Below the pieces are notes generated by a model that saw nothing but the letters and a program-made list of their open reading frames with translations, was not told the origin of the DNA and made no database searches. Position numbers and translations under genes: made by a program. 64,000 nt of DNA. Source: Dehalococcoidia bacterium (GTDB taxonomy: Bacteria > Chloroflexota > Dehalococcoidia > UBA2979). The stretch is from contig CAXXDN010000002.1 of assembly GCA_963667465.2 (NCBI GenBank), positions 544,001 through 608,000 on the forward strand, read 5' to 3'. Of this stretch, positions 27,494 through 40,725 are shown piece after piece (the first letter of the stretch is position 1; every line of letters begins with the position of its first letter).

Positions 27494-29929
27494 ATGCTCG
27501 TCTCCCTCAAGTGGCTGCGCGACTACGTCGACCTTCCGGACGACCTCGACGTCGAGGCGTTCGCGGAGCGGCTGACGATGGCCTCGGCGGAGGTCGAGGG
27601 CATCGAGCGCGTCGGCGGCTGGGACCGCGAGCTGGTGACCGTCGCCGAGGTGCTCTCGGTCGACCCGCACCCGAACGCCGACCGCCTCAAGCTCGCGACG
27701 GTCGATTGCGGCACGCCCACGCCGCATACGGTGGTCTGCGGCGCGCCGAACGTCGCCGCCGGGCAGCGCGTCGCCTTCGCGCGCGTGGGCGCGACGCTCG
27801 TCGATCCGCGCAGCGGCGAGAGCGCGACGCTCAAGGCCGCGCGCATCCGCGGCGTCGAGTCCTCGGGGATGGTGCTGTCCGAGCGCGAGCTGGGGCTGTC
27901 CGAGGAGCACGAGGGCATCCTCGAGCTGCCGGGGGACGCGCCGGTGGGCGCGCCGCTCGCCGACTACCTCGGAGACGTGGTGCTCGACGTGCACACCTGG
28001 CCGAACCGCGCCGACATGATGAACATGGTCGGCGTCGCCCGCGAGGTCGCCGCCGTCCTCGGCTCCGCGCTGCGCCTTCCGGACAGCGCCCACGCCGAGA
28101 GTGACGAGGCCGTCGAGGACGCCGCCGCCGTCGCGATCGACGATCCGGACCGCTGCGCGCGCTACATCGCCACGGTCATCGAGGGCGTGCGCGTCGGGCC
28201 CTCGCCGCGCTGGCTGCAGGAGCGCCTGCAGGCCGCCGGGCAGCGCCCGATCAACAACGTCGTCGACGTCACGAACTACGTCATGCTCGAGCTCGGCAAC
28301 CCGCTGCACGCCTTCGACGCCGACCGCCTGCAGGGCACGGTCGTCGTGCGCCTCGCAAGCGAGGGCGAGCGGCTGAGGACGCTCGACGGCGAGCACCGCG
28401 AGCTGAGCGACGACACGCTGCTGATCACCGACGAGAGCGGCCCGATCGCCCTCGCGGGCGTGATGGGCGGCCTCGAGAGCGAGGTCCACGAGGGCACGAC
28501 GCGCGTGCTGCTCGAGGCCGCGCAGTTCGACCCCGCGAGCATCCGCCGCACCTCGACGCGGCTGCGGCTGCGCAGCGAGGCCTCCTCGCGCTTCGAGCGC
28601 GGGCTCTCGCCGGAGCTGGCGGAGCACGCCTCGCGCCGCGCGACGCAGCTGCTGGTCGAGGTCTGCGGCGGCACGGCGCGGCGCGGCACGGTCGACGTCT
28701 ACCCGCGACCGCAGGGCGCCGCCCGCGTGACGCTGACCCGCGACCGCCTCGACACCGTGCTCGGCTTCCACGTCCCCGACGCCGAGGTTGAGTCAGCCCT
28801 CCGCACGCTCGGCTTCACGGTCGCCCGTGAGGGCGGCGCGGACGGCGGCGCGGAGCGCTTCCTCGTCGAGTCGCCGTGGTGGCGTACCGACGTGACGATC
28901 CCCGACGACCTCGCCGAGGAGGTCGTGCGTATCGCCGGGTACGACCGGCTGCCGGCGACGACGGTGCGCGGGCGCGTGCCCTCGTACGAGCCGGCGCCGC
29001 TGCCGGCGCTGCGCGACCACGTGCGTCGCGCGCTCGCGGCGGCGGGGCTGCAAGAGGTGATCAACTACTCGCTGACCACGGGCGAGACGCTGAGCCGCGT
29101 CCGGCCCGCCGCCGAACTGGAGGCGAACGCGCCGCTGCGGCTGCGCAACACGCTCTCCTCGGAGCACGAGGTGCTGCGCACCTCGCTGCGCCACTCGCTG
29201 ATCGAGACGGTCGACCGCAACCTGCGGGCAGGCGCCGACGAGATCGCGATCTTCGAGGCAGGGCGCAGCTATACGCCGCGTCGTGGCGAGGACGGCCCGT
29301 TGCCCGACGAGCGCGAGGTCGTCGCCGGCGCGCTCTGCGGCGTCGAACGCGACCGCTGGGGCAGCCCGCTTGAGCGTGCCCTCGGTTTCTTCGACGCGAA
29401 GGGCGTGCTCGACGAGCTGGGCGAGCGCCTCGGCGTCGCCTTCGAGTACGAGCCGCACGAGGAACACGGCCTGCTCGCCGGTCGCTGCGCGCGCGTCAGC
29501 GTCGGCGGGACGGCCGTCGGCACGCTCGGCGAGGTGCACCCCGACACGCTTGAGGCGTTCGGCGTCGAGCAGCCGGTCGCGCTGTTCGAGCTCGACCTCG
29601 CGGTGCTGCTTGAGGCCACGCCCGGACGGCGCAGCGCCGAGCCGGTGCCGCGCTTCCCGGCGGTGGAGCAGGATGTCGCGCTCGTCGTCGACGAGGGCGT
29701 CCCGGCGGGTGCGCTGCGGGCGCTCATCGAGCAGTCGCGGCTGGTCGCGGAGGCGCGCGTCTTCGACGTCTACCGAGGCGAGCAGCTGCCCGCGGGCAAG
29801 AAGTCGATCGCCTTCGCAATCCGCTACCAGGCGTCCGACCGCACGCTCACGAGCGAGGACGCCAACCGCGAGCAGGCACGCATCCTCCAGCGCCTCGCCC
29901 GCGAGCACGGCGCGGAGCAGCGTGTGTAG
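27494..29929 (+). CDS. pheT: Phenylalanine--tRNA ligase beta subunit
   Basis: MLVSLKWLRDY, HPNADRL, VCGAPN, RGVESSGM, INNVVDVTNYVMLE, RFERG, DLAEEV.R, FDVY.G...GKKS. ATG at 27494. Confidence 0.97.
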   Translation: MLVSLKWLRDYVDLPDDLDVEAFAERLTMASAEVEGIERVGGWDRELVTVAEVLSVDPHPNADRLKLATVDCGTPTPHTVVCGAPNVAAGQRVAFARVGATLVDPRSGESATLKAARIRGVESSGMVLSERELGLSEEHEGILELPGDAPVGAPLADYLGDVVLDVHTWPNRADMMNMVGVAREVAAVLGSALRLPDSAHAESDEAVEDAAAVAIDDPDRCARYIATVIEGVRVGPSPRWLQERLQAAGQRPINNVVDVTNYVMLELGNPLHAFDADRLQGTVVVRLASEGERLRTLDGEHRELSDDTLLITDESGPIALAGVMGGLESEVHEGTTRVLLEAAQFDPASIRRTSTRLRLRSEASSRFERGLSPELAEHASRRATQLLVEVCGGTARRGTVDVYPRPQGAARVTLTRDRLDTVLGFHVPDAEVESALRTLGFTVAREGGADGGAERFLVESPWWRTDVTIPDDLAEEVVRIAGYDRLPATTVRGRVPSYEPAPLPALRDHVRRALAAAGLQEVINYSLTTGETLSRVRPAAELEANAPLRLRNTLSSEHEVLRTSLRHSLIETVDRNLRAGADEIAIFEAGRSYTPRRGEDGPLPDEREVVAGALCGVERDRWGSPLERALGFFDAKGVLDELGERLGVAFEYEPHEEHGLLAGRCARVSVGGTAVGTLGEVHPDTLEAFGVEQPVALFELDLAVLLEATPGRRSAEPVPRFPAVEQDVALVVDEGVPAGALRALIEQSRLVAEARVFDVYRGEQLPAGKKSIAFAIRYQASDRTLTSEDANREQARILQRLAREHGAEQRV

Positions 29930-30091
29930 GACCGGCTCCCGCCGCCGCCTCGCGGCCCGCGCACTCCCGGCCCTTGTCCGGCCTTTGTCATTTCTGGAAG
30001 GTTGGAGCATACTCCAGCCATGAGTACCGGAAACTGGTTCGGGAGTCTTGTGCGCCGCGTCTTCGGGGGCGGCGGGAATGGGGAGGTGGCG

Positions 30092-30826
30092 ATGGCCACG
30101 ACAGAGGACTGGGCGGGCCTCAGCCAACGGCTGATGTCGAGCGTCGGGACCGACGTGCCGCCGATCGCGATCACCTTCTCGGACGCGCCTCCCGACGGCG
30201 TGGACGCCTTCGACGACCCGATGCCGCCGCCGCTCGAGGACGGCCGCACCGGCCGCGTCTCGGCCGGCTGCGTGTTCTGGATGAAGTCCACGGACCGCAC
30301 CTTCTCGACCGTCGCCGAGGACCACGGCAACTGTAGCGTCGGCAGCCTCACGCACGGTCTCAAGACGCTCGAGGAGGTCGGCGGCAACTCCGACGTGGCC
30401 GCGATCCTCGAGTGCGGCTGGGTGACGATGGACATCGTGCCGCTGATCCCGGTGGTCACGGAGAAGCCGGGCGCGATCACCTACGGCCCGCTCGCCGGAA
30501 CGCCGATCGACCCGGACGTGGTGATGCTGCGCGTCACCGGGCGCCAGCTGATGGTGCTGTCAGACGCGCTGCCGGACCTGAGCCTGCAGGGCAAGCCACA
30601 GTGCCACATCGTCGCGATGGCGAAGGAACACGGAGTCGCAGCCGCGAGTGTTGGCTGACAGCTCAGTCGTGTACGGACCGGGATGTCCAACTCCGAAATG
30701 ACCTGCGCGATTCCGGCAAACCAGCTGGCCGACGTCGTCTCGAAGATCGAGGCGGCCGGCGGCGCCGACCTTGCCGTGGCGGGCTACGCCGCCGAGGATG
30801 CGAGGCGCTTCCCTCCGGTGAACTGA
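30092..30826 (+). CDS. DUF169-like Cys-rich protein with in-frame UGA (candidate selenoprotein)
   Basis: Frame has AGCVFW, HGNCSVG, PQCHIV, then SVG-UGA(30656-30658)-QLSRVRTGMSNSEMTCAIP and stays open for 55 more codons to TGA 30826. Start is ATG 30092 (GGAGGT SD) or ATG 30020. Confidence 0.8.
30659..30691 (+). promoter_or_regulatory. Candidate bacterial SECIS hairpin
   Basis: GGAC(30675-78)/GUCC(30685-88) stem closing a CGGGAU loop that starts 21 nt after the UGA, with possible further GU/AC pairing below. Folded by eye only. Confidence 0.5.
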
Positions 30827-30856
30827 CGCCGAGGGCGCGCTGGCAGCGAATACCGG

Positions 30857-30885
30857 ACGGGGCGGCTCAGCCGCCCCGTTTGCTT
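30857..30885 (+). terminator. Intrinsic terminator-like hairpin between convergent genes
   Basis: acggggcggc-tca-gccgccccgt followed by ttgctt. Confidence 0.7.
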
Positions 30886-30919
30886 GCCCTCGGGAGTAGC
30901 GGCGTCGGGAGTAGCGGCG

Positions 30920-31276
30920 TCAGGCCAGGGCGGCCTGGGCGCGTGTGGCGAGCTGGCCGAAGGCCTCGGGCTCGCGGGCCGCGAGGTCCGCAAGCATCTT
31001 GCGGTCGATCTCGATGCCGGCGCGCTTGAGGCCCTGGATCAGGCGGCTGTAGCTGAGGCCGTGCAGCCGGGCTGCCGCGTTGATGCGCACGATCCAGAGG
31101 CGGCGGAAGTCACCCTTGCGTTCGCGCCGGTGGTCGGTCGCGTAGCGCATGGCGTGCAGCACCGACTCGTTCGCGACCTTGAAGTTGCGATGGCGCTTGC
31201 CACGGTGGCCGCGTGCGCGGCGGAGGATCTTCTTGTGGCGGGCGCGTGTGGCGACCCGATTGCGCGTGCGCGGCAT
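30920..31276 (-). CDS. rplT: 50S ribosomal protein L20
   Basis: R.RHKKIL, YA..HRR.RK.DFRRLWI.RINAA, SYSRLI.GL, DRKMLADLA. Confidence 0.97.
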   Translation of the reverse strand: MPRTRNRVATRARHKKILRRARGHRGKRHRNFKVANESVLHAMRYATDHRRERKGDFRRLWIVRINAAARLHGLSYSRLIQGLKRAGIEIDRKMLADLAAREPEAFGQLATRAQAALA

Positions 31277-31295
31277 GGCGTTCTACCCCTCGTGC

Positions 31296-31490
31296 CTAGC
31301 GGCCGAGCAGCGTGCGGAGGCGCTTGCGCTGCGTCGGGTGCGCCTCGTGCAGGCGACCGAGCGCCTGCAGCTTCTCGCGGCGCTTCTTCATGCGCTTGTT
31401 GTTGAGGTGATGGGCGCGGACCATCAGCTTCCCGCTGCCGGTCACCTTCACACGCTTCGCCGCACCGCGGTGCGTCTTCATCTTGGGCAT
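31296..31490 (-). CDS. rpmI: 50S ribosomal protein L35
   Basis: MPKMKTHRGAAKRVKVTGSGK; located between infC and rplT. Confidence 0.97.
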   Translation of the reverse strand: MPKMKTHRGAAKRVKVTGSGKLMVRAHHLNNKRMKKRREKLQALGRLHEAHPTQRKRLRTLLGR

Positions 31491-31556
31491 CGCTTGAGTC
31501 CTGTTGAGTTCCGTGTTCGAGTCTACCGAGCCGGAGACGCTACGGGCCAGCGCCGG

Positions 31557-32096
31557 CTACGAGTCCGCTGCCGCCTCCGCAGCCTCCGCCTTCGGGTCGC
31601 GCATCACGACCATCGAGAGCATGCGTCCCTCCATTTGCGGCGGCCGCTCGACCGTCGCGACGTCCTCGATGCGCGAGTAGAAGCGATCCAGCAGGTCGCG
31701 GCCCACCTCCGGGTGGGTGATCTCGCGCGCGCGGAACATGACCGAGATCTTCACCTTGTCGCCCTCGGCCAGCAGCTTGCGCGCGGTGCGCGCCTTGAAG
31801 GCGATGTCGTGCTCGTCGATCTTGACGCGCATCCGCACCTCGCGCAGCGAGGAGTGGCGCGAGGACTTGCGCGACTCGCGCTCCCGCTTGGCCTGCTGAT
31901 ACTTGAACTTGCCGTAGTCCATGATCCGGACCACCGGCGGGCTGGCCGTCGGCGCGACCTCGACGAGATCGAGGTTCGCCTCGTCGGCGACGCGCTGCGC
32001 CTCGTTGATATCGAGGATGCCGAGTTGCTCGGTGTCACGGATCACGCGGACCTGCGGTACCTGAATCTGCTCGTTGACCCGCAGCTCTTTCGCGAT
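31557..32096 (-). CDS. infC: Translation initiation factor IF-3
   Basis: RVNEQI, LDLVEVAP...PPV.RIMDYGKFKY, GDKVK...FRARE. Likely ATC start at 32096 downstream of a GAGGTG SD (track uses GTG 32105). Confidence 0.95.
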   Translation of the reverse strand: MAKELRVNEQIQVPQVRVIRDTEQLGILDINEAQRVADEANLDLVEVAPTASPPVVRIMDYGKFKYQQAKRERESRKSSRHSSLREVRMRVKIDEHDIAFKARTARKLLAEGDKVKISVMFRAREITHPEVGRDLLDRFYSRIEDVATVERPPQMEGRMLSMVVMRDPKAEAAEAAADS

Positions 32097-32197
32097 CGGA
32101 GGCACCTCTCAGCTACATGCGGGCCCCGGCGGGGCGCGCGGGCGCTGATTCTAGCACTCCGCGCAACGCCTGTGGCCGCCGCTCGGCAGACCCGTCG

Positions 32198-32703
32198 CTA
32201 CTCCTCGGCCTCGGCGGGGGCGTATTCGATGAGCAACTGGCCCTGCTCCACGCTGTCGCGCGCGTTGACGTGCACGGCGGTCACCGTGCCCTCAAGCGGG
32301 ATCAGCACCTCGTTCTGCATCTTCATCGCCTCGAGGACGAGCACCGTCGTCCCGGCCTCCAGCTCGTCGCCCGGCGCGACGCGCACCTCGACGACGACGC
32401 CGGCGAGGGGCGAGGAGATCTCGCCGGGCGCGTCCTCCGCGCCGCCAACGACACCGCGGCCGCGGCCGCTACCCGTGACCTGCTGGATTTGGAAACGCCG
32501 CGAGCCTACGGTCACGTCGAACGAGGCGCCGTCGCGCGCCACATAGGCGCGCCGGGTGACGCCTCCGATGCGGAACGCGACGAAGCCGGGCAGCTCCGCC
32601 GCGTCCACGTCGATCGCGATCGGCTCCGCCTCGTCGATCGTGACGAGTGTCTCGGCGCCCCCGCCGGGGGCGCTGTCGAGCACGACCGTGCGTTCCTCGC
32701 CGC

Positions 32704-32731
<28 letters not shown>
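32198..32731 (-). CDS. Biotin carboxyl carrier protein
   Basis: SPLAG.V, LEAMKMQNE biotinylation motif. Confidence 0.92.
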
Positions 32732-34284
<1,553 letters not shown>

Positions 34285-34339
34285 CGAGGCCGCGCGTCAG
34301 ATTGTCACGGCATGCGGCCGTCAGCAACCACGCGGCGCG

Positions 34340-36166
<1,827 letters not shown>

Positions 36167-36227
36167 CGCTCGCTCCTGCTCGCTGTCCATCGATCGTCGT
36201 GGCAGCGGCGGCGCGCGAGAAGCGGGA

Positions 36228-36469
36228 GACGCGAAACGGCGCGCCGCCGTCCGCTCAGGGACGGGAAGCGCGCCTCACGTGGTTCCACCCTGTTTCCCCC
36301 GGCCGCCGAGGCGGTCGAGGCTCATTGAGGCCGCTAACGGGGCCAGCCGCCACGGGTTCGCCCGTGGGCTCCGGGGGTGGTGCGCCCTCGCGTGCGGCGG
36401 CGGGGCTTCCAGCCGTGGCCCCGCTCTCTGTGCGCCGCGTCTCGCGACGGCGTGCGTCCCCATCGACGC
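36228..36469 (-). ncRNA. T-box riboswitch (Thr) leader of thrS
   Basis: Minus strand has AGAGAG and GGCTGGAA stem-I motifs, an ACC (Thr) codon in the specifier region, T-box AGGGTGGAACCACG and a downstream cgtcc/ggacg hairpin. Confidence 0.88.
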
Positions 36470-36650
36470 TCGGTCTGGCGGCGTCCGCGGACGCCGGACC
36501 GCGATCCATGGTAGCAACCGGCGCGCCTGAGGGCAGCGGCAATCCTCGCCCGGTGCAGGAGGACCAGGCTACGCTGCTCGTTCCTGCTCGTTCCTGCTCG
36601 TTCCTGCGAGCGCCCTGGCGGACCGCTCGGGCGTGCCCTGCGGTGGTTGG

Positions 36651-37259
36651 TCAGTAGAGCCGCTCGCGGTTGGCCTCGTCCTCGGAGGCGTCGATCGCGG
36701 TGGCGTTCGCGCCGCGGATCTGGTCGGCGAGGACCTGTCCGTAGGTGGGGTAGCAGGAGCGGTCGATCTGCGTCTCGGTGTCCCAGAGCCGCGAGCGGAT
36801 CAGGGAGCGGCCGCAGTGCAGGAACGCCTCCTCGACGGTGATGCGCAGGCCGGAGGGTGGCGCCTTGCGGCCGACGGAGAGTGGCGCGAGGAGCGCCGCG
36901 TCGGTGACGATCTCGGCCCTGCCGCTGACACGCAGGGTCTCGTTCATGCCCGGCGCGAGGAAGAGCAGCCCCACCTGCGGGTGGGCGAGCACGTTCTGGA
37001 GCGAGTCGAGCTGGTTGTTGCCGGGGCGGTCGGGGATGAGCAGGGTGTGCTCATCGAGCACCGCCACGAAGCCGGGCGGGTCGCCCCTGGGCGAGGTGTC
37101 CTGGCGTCCGTCGGCGCCGCGGGAGCTGATCACGCAGAAGGGCGAGAGCGCGATGAAATCGCGGGCGTGCCGGTCGATGTGGTCCAGCACCTTCTGTTGT
37201 GCCCGCGGTGCCGGCTCCCGGTAGGTCTCGCGCAGCTCGGTCTGGCTAGCGATGCCCAT
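36651..37259 (-). CDS. Pyridoxamine 5'-phosphate oxidase-like FMN-binding protein (MSMEG_1061 type)
   Basis: FIALSPF, SPRGDPPGFV, IPDRPGNN..DSL.N, VGLLFL.PG..ETLRV.G, EAFLHC.R...RS.LW. ATG 37259. Confidence 0.9.
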   Translation of the reverse strand: MGIASQTELRETYREPAPRAQQKVLDHIDRHARDFIALSPFCVISSRGADGRQDTSPRGDPPGFVAVLDEHTLLIPDRPGNNQLDSLQNVLAHPQVGLLFLAPGMNETLRVSGRAEIVTDAALLAPLSVGRKAPPSGLRITVEEAFLHCGRSLIRSRLWDTETQIDRSCYPTYGQVLADQIRGANATAIDASEDEANRERLY

Positions 37260-37399
37260 GCGCGCACCTCCCCGGTGGCTCATTGGGGAGTATGGCACAC
37301 GCCGCAGGCGGACCGCGCCAGCGGATCGTGGGAGCCCTCGTTTCGCGGGCCGGGCGGCCGGCCCGCCGGCAGCGGCGCAGCGCGCCGGGCCGGGCCGGT

Positions 37400-38137
37400 T
37401 TACCCGGGGTCCTGCGGTTCGCGCGAGCGCGCAAGCTCGGCGCGCAACTCGCGCACCTCGTCGCGGAGCGAGGCGAGGGCGGCGGCTGCGGGGTCCTCGC
37501 GTCTCGCCAGCATCGAGGCGAAGTTGGCGGTGAGCGCGCCGAAGAGCCCGATGCCGCCGAGCATCAGCACGTAGGCGAAGGCGCGTCCGGGCGCCGTGAC
37601 TGGCACGATATCGCCGTAGCCGACCGTCGTAACGGTGGCGATCGACCACCAGAGGGCGTCGGGGAAGGAGTCGACGGGCGAGTCGTGGCCGCGTTCGAGC
37701 GAGGTCACGATAGTCGCGATCAGGAGCACGAGTCCGACGGCGTAGGCGCCGAGGAAGTCGACGTGGGCGAACCGCACCGGGCGGCGGTAGGCGCGCGAGC
37801 CGTAACGGGTGATCCAGAGTATCCTCAGCGGGCGTGCGACCGGGAGCAGCACGGCGAGGGCGTCGAGCCAGTGCTGCCGGAGGTAGCGCCCGCGCCGGGG
37901 AGCGATGGCCAGCCTGACAAGCAGTTCAGCGGCGAAGCCGGCCCAGATGGTGAGACTGCAGGAGAGCGCGAGGGCCTGCGAGGCGGGCCGCAGCTCCCAG
38001 AGCAGGGGCGCCGCGAGGAGCGGGATCAGCGCGAACGAGAGGATCATCAGCGGCAGTTCCGTGCCGCGCTCGATCCTGTCCAGCAGGGCCTCGCGGCGGG
38101 CGCTGCGTCCCGGCTCGGGTTCGCTGGGTCGGTGCAT
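37400..38137 (-). CDS. Potassium channel family protein
   Basis: DALWWSIATVTTVGYGD selectivity filter, several TM helices and an S4-like RPLRIL. Confidence 0.92.
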   Translation of the reverse strand: MHRPSEPEPGRSARREALLDRIERGTELPLMILSFALIPLLAAPLLWELRPASQALALSCSLTIWAGFAAELLVRLAIAPRRGRYLRQHWLDALAVLLPVARPLRILWITRYGSRAYRRPVRFAHVDFLGAYAVGLVLLIATIVTSLERGHDSPVDSFPDALWWSIATVTTVGYGDIVPVTAPGRAFAYVLMLGGIGLFGALTANFASMLARREDPAAAALASLRDEVRELRAELARSREPQDPG

Positions 38138-38214
38138 GGGGCATCTCCTTCCCGGTGGGTTCGTTCAGCCTATCGGACCGCAATCGTGGCGGATGAGCAG
38201 AGAGGTCCGGGGCG

Positions 38215-40656
38215 ATGCCGAGAGTGCTTGATGGACTGAGTTGGCTGGTCACGGTGCGGCCGCTCGCGACGCTGCTCGCGCTGCTGGTCGTCACGGTCGC
38301 GCTCGGTGCGGGTATCACGCGGCTGGCGCCGCAGGCCGACAACACCGTCTTCCTGCCGGAGGACAGCGACGTCACGCTCGCCTCGGAGACGATCGACGCG
38401 CTCTTCGGCCGCTCGCAGGAGACGGTCTCCGCGACGCTGCTCTTCCGCGGCGAGGCGCTCACGCCGGCAGGTCTCGCGCAGATCGACGAGGTCGTGACGT
38501 CCGCCGCGTCCGACCCGCGCGTGCAGGCGCTGCTCGCGCCGCAAGGCGCGGTCGTCTCGCCCACCTTGCTGTTCGCGCAGGCGCTGGGCACGGACGACTT
38601 CGCGGCGCTCGCGCAGGCGCAGATCGACGGAGCCGCGGCGCAGCTGCCGCTCGGGCGGCTGGTCGGCACGGACACCGACGGGACGACTGTGACGATCGCC
38701 GCGATCCGGCTGCGCGCGGACGGCGACGGCGACGGCGACACGGCCGACGACGAGGCCGGGCTCGCAGAGGCCGAGCTCGCGATCCGCGACATCGCCCGGG
38801 ACAGCGCGGGTCCGCTCACGGGCAGCAGCCTCTCTGCGGCCACCACGGCCGAAGAGACCGAGCGCGCCACCGGTACGGAGATGGCCGTGATCATGGTCAT
38901 CGCGCTGGCGGTGATCGGCGCGTTGCTGCTGCTCTTCACGCGCTCGCCGATCGACCTGCTGCTCTCGGTGCTGGGGCTCGTGCTCACGATCGTCTGGGTG
39001 CTCGGCGCCCAGGGCTGGCTCGGCCCGGAGGGGGCCGGCCTGATTGGCGCGCCCAACACGCTGACGACGATGGTGCCGGTGATGCTGATCGGGCTCGTCG
39101 TCGACTACGCGATCCAGACCGTCGGGCTCTACCGCGAGCGGCGCGGCGAGGGCCACGGCGCGCGCGCGGCGGCGCGGCTCGGGCTGCGTTCGGTGATCAT
39201 CCCGCTCTCGCTCGCCGCCGTGACCACGGTCGTCTCCTTCCTCACCAACCTCAGTTCGCCGATCCCGGCCAACGGCGACTTCGGGGTCGTCGCGGGCGTG
39301 GGCGTCATCGCCGGGCTGGTCGTGATGCTGGCGCTGCTCGCCTCGGCGCGCGCGCTGATCGACGGCCGCCGCGAGTCGCGCGGCGGGCTGCCGGAGGCGA
39401 AGCCGGTCTCCGGGGCGATCCCCGGAGTGGGCCGCGCCGTCGAAGCGCTTGGAGGGCAGCTCGCGCGCCGGCCCGCGCCCTTCCTGGTGGTGGTCGGCAT
39501 CGTCACGGTGCTGCTGGGCATCGCCTCCACGAATCTCGATACCGTCTTCGACTCTCGCGACTTCCTGCCCAGGGGGGGCGACGCGGTCCGCGACGTGGAG
39601 ACGCTCGACGCCGCCTTCGGTGGCTCGACCGACGTGGTCCAGGTGCTGATCGAGGCGGAGGCGACCGCCGGCCGCACGGTCCGCAACATCCTCGACTTCA
39701 GCTTCGCCTTCGACGACGACCTGCGCCGCCCCGAGGGGGTGGTCGGGGGCATCCAGTCCTCGCTCGGGACGTTGCTGCTCGACTGGATCACGGACGGCGG
39801 CCCGGACGACCCCGCCTACGACGCCGAGCTCGTGGCGATGACCGAAGCGGCGGACCAGTTCCGGCTTGACGCGCAGCAGGTGCAGGCGATCTACGAGCGT
39901 CTGGCGGCGCTCGACCCGGAGCGCTTCGCCCGGGTGGCGGTCGTCGACCCGGCGGGGGCCGACACGCTGCTCGTGCGCTTCGACGCGCTCACGCGCGACC
40001 AGGAGCGTGCGGGGCGCATGGTCGCCGACATCGAGGGGTTGTGGTTCGGGAGCGACGAGGAGATCACGGCCACCTCGAGCGAGATCATCGGGCTCGAGGT
40101 AGTGGACGCGATGACCTCCAGCCAGACGGCGGCGATCGCCACGACGGTGCTCGCCGCCTTCGCGATCCTCACGCTCTTCTTCTGGATCACCGACGGGCGC
40201 CCGGAGCTGGGCTTCATCGCGGTCGCGCCGATCGTGATGGTGCTCTTCTGCGTGCTCGGGACGATGGCGCTCGCGGGCATCCCCTACAACGTGATCACGG
40301 CGCTGATCACGGCGCTCTCGATCGGCATCGGTGTGGACTACACGATCCACATCATCCACCGCTACGAGGAGGAGTTTGAGCACTCGCATGACCCCGAGCA
40401 GGCGGCGCGCCGCACGCTCGGCACGACCGGCTCGGCGCTGCTCGGATCGGCGCTGACGACGGCGCTGGGCTTCGGGGTGCTGGTGTTCTCCTCGCTCACG
40501 CCCTTCCAGCAGTTCGGGATCGTGACCGCGATCACGATCGCCTACGCGCTGATCGCGGCGATCGTGGTGGTGCCGCCGGCGATGATCCTCTGGGGTGCCT
40601 ACCAGCACTACCGCCTGCGCAGCGCCGCCGAGCGCGCTGCCCAGCTCGACGCGTAG
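38215..40656 (+). CDS. MMPL/RND family transporter
   Basis: Two 1+5 TM halves with IGLVVDYAIQ and IGIGVDYTIH motifs, SALTTALGF, FQQFG. Confidence 0.9.
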   Translation: MPRVLDGLSWLVTVRPLATLLALLVVTVALGAGITRLAPQADNTVFLPEDSDVTLASETIDALFGRSQETVSATLLFRGEALTPAGLAQIDEVVTSAASDPRVQALLAPQGAVVSPTLLFAQALGTDDFAALAQAQIDGAAAQLPLGRLVGTDTDGTTVTIAAIRLRADGDGDGDTADDEAGLAEAELAIRDIARDSAGPLTGSSLSAATTAEETERATGTEMAVIMVIALAVIGALLLLFTRSPIDLLLSVLGLVLTIVWVLGAQGWLGPEGAGLIGAPNTLTTMVPVMLIGLVVDYAIQTVGLYRERRGEGHGARAAARLGLRSVIIPLSLAAVTTVVSFLTNLSSPIPANGDFGVVAGVGVIAGLVVMLALLASARALIDGRRESRGGLPEAKPVSGAIPGVGRAVEALGGQLARRPAPFLVVVGIVTVLLGIASTNLDTVFDSRDFLPRGGDAVRDVETLDAAFGGSTDVVQVLIEAEATAGRTVRNILDFSFAFDDDLRRPEGVVGGIQSSLGTLLLDWITDGGPDDPAYDAELVAMTEAADQFRLDAQQVQAIYERLAALDPERFARVAVVDPAGADTLLVRFDALTRDQERAGRMVADIEGLWFGSDEEITATSSEIIGLEVVDAMTSSQTAAIATTVLAAFAILTLFFWITDGRPELGFIAVAPIVMVLFCVLGTMALAGIPYNVITALITALSIGIGVDYTIHIIHRYEEEFEHSHDPEQAARRTLGTTGSALLGSALTTALGFGVLVFSSLTPFQQFGIVTAITIAYALIAAIVVVPPAMILWGAYQHYRLRSAAERAAQLDA

Positions 40657-40725
40657 CGGGCCGGCTGCGATGACACCTCAGGGATGACGGGGTCGCACGA
40701 TGCGTGATCGCAGGGGTGCGCAGCC

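Noticed and set aside
30002-30658. Complete 218-aa gene ending at TGA 30658, or genome-wide UGA reassignment
   Set aside because: The downstream frame remains protein-like, so a true stop is unlikely. Other genes (pheS, mltG, moeA, lepA) clearly end in TGA, so the code is standard.
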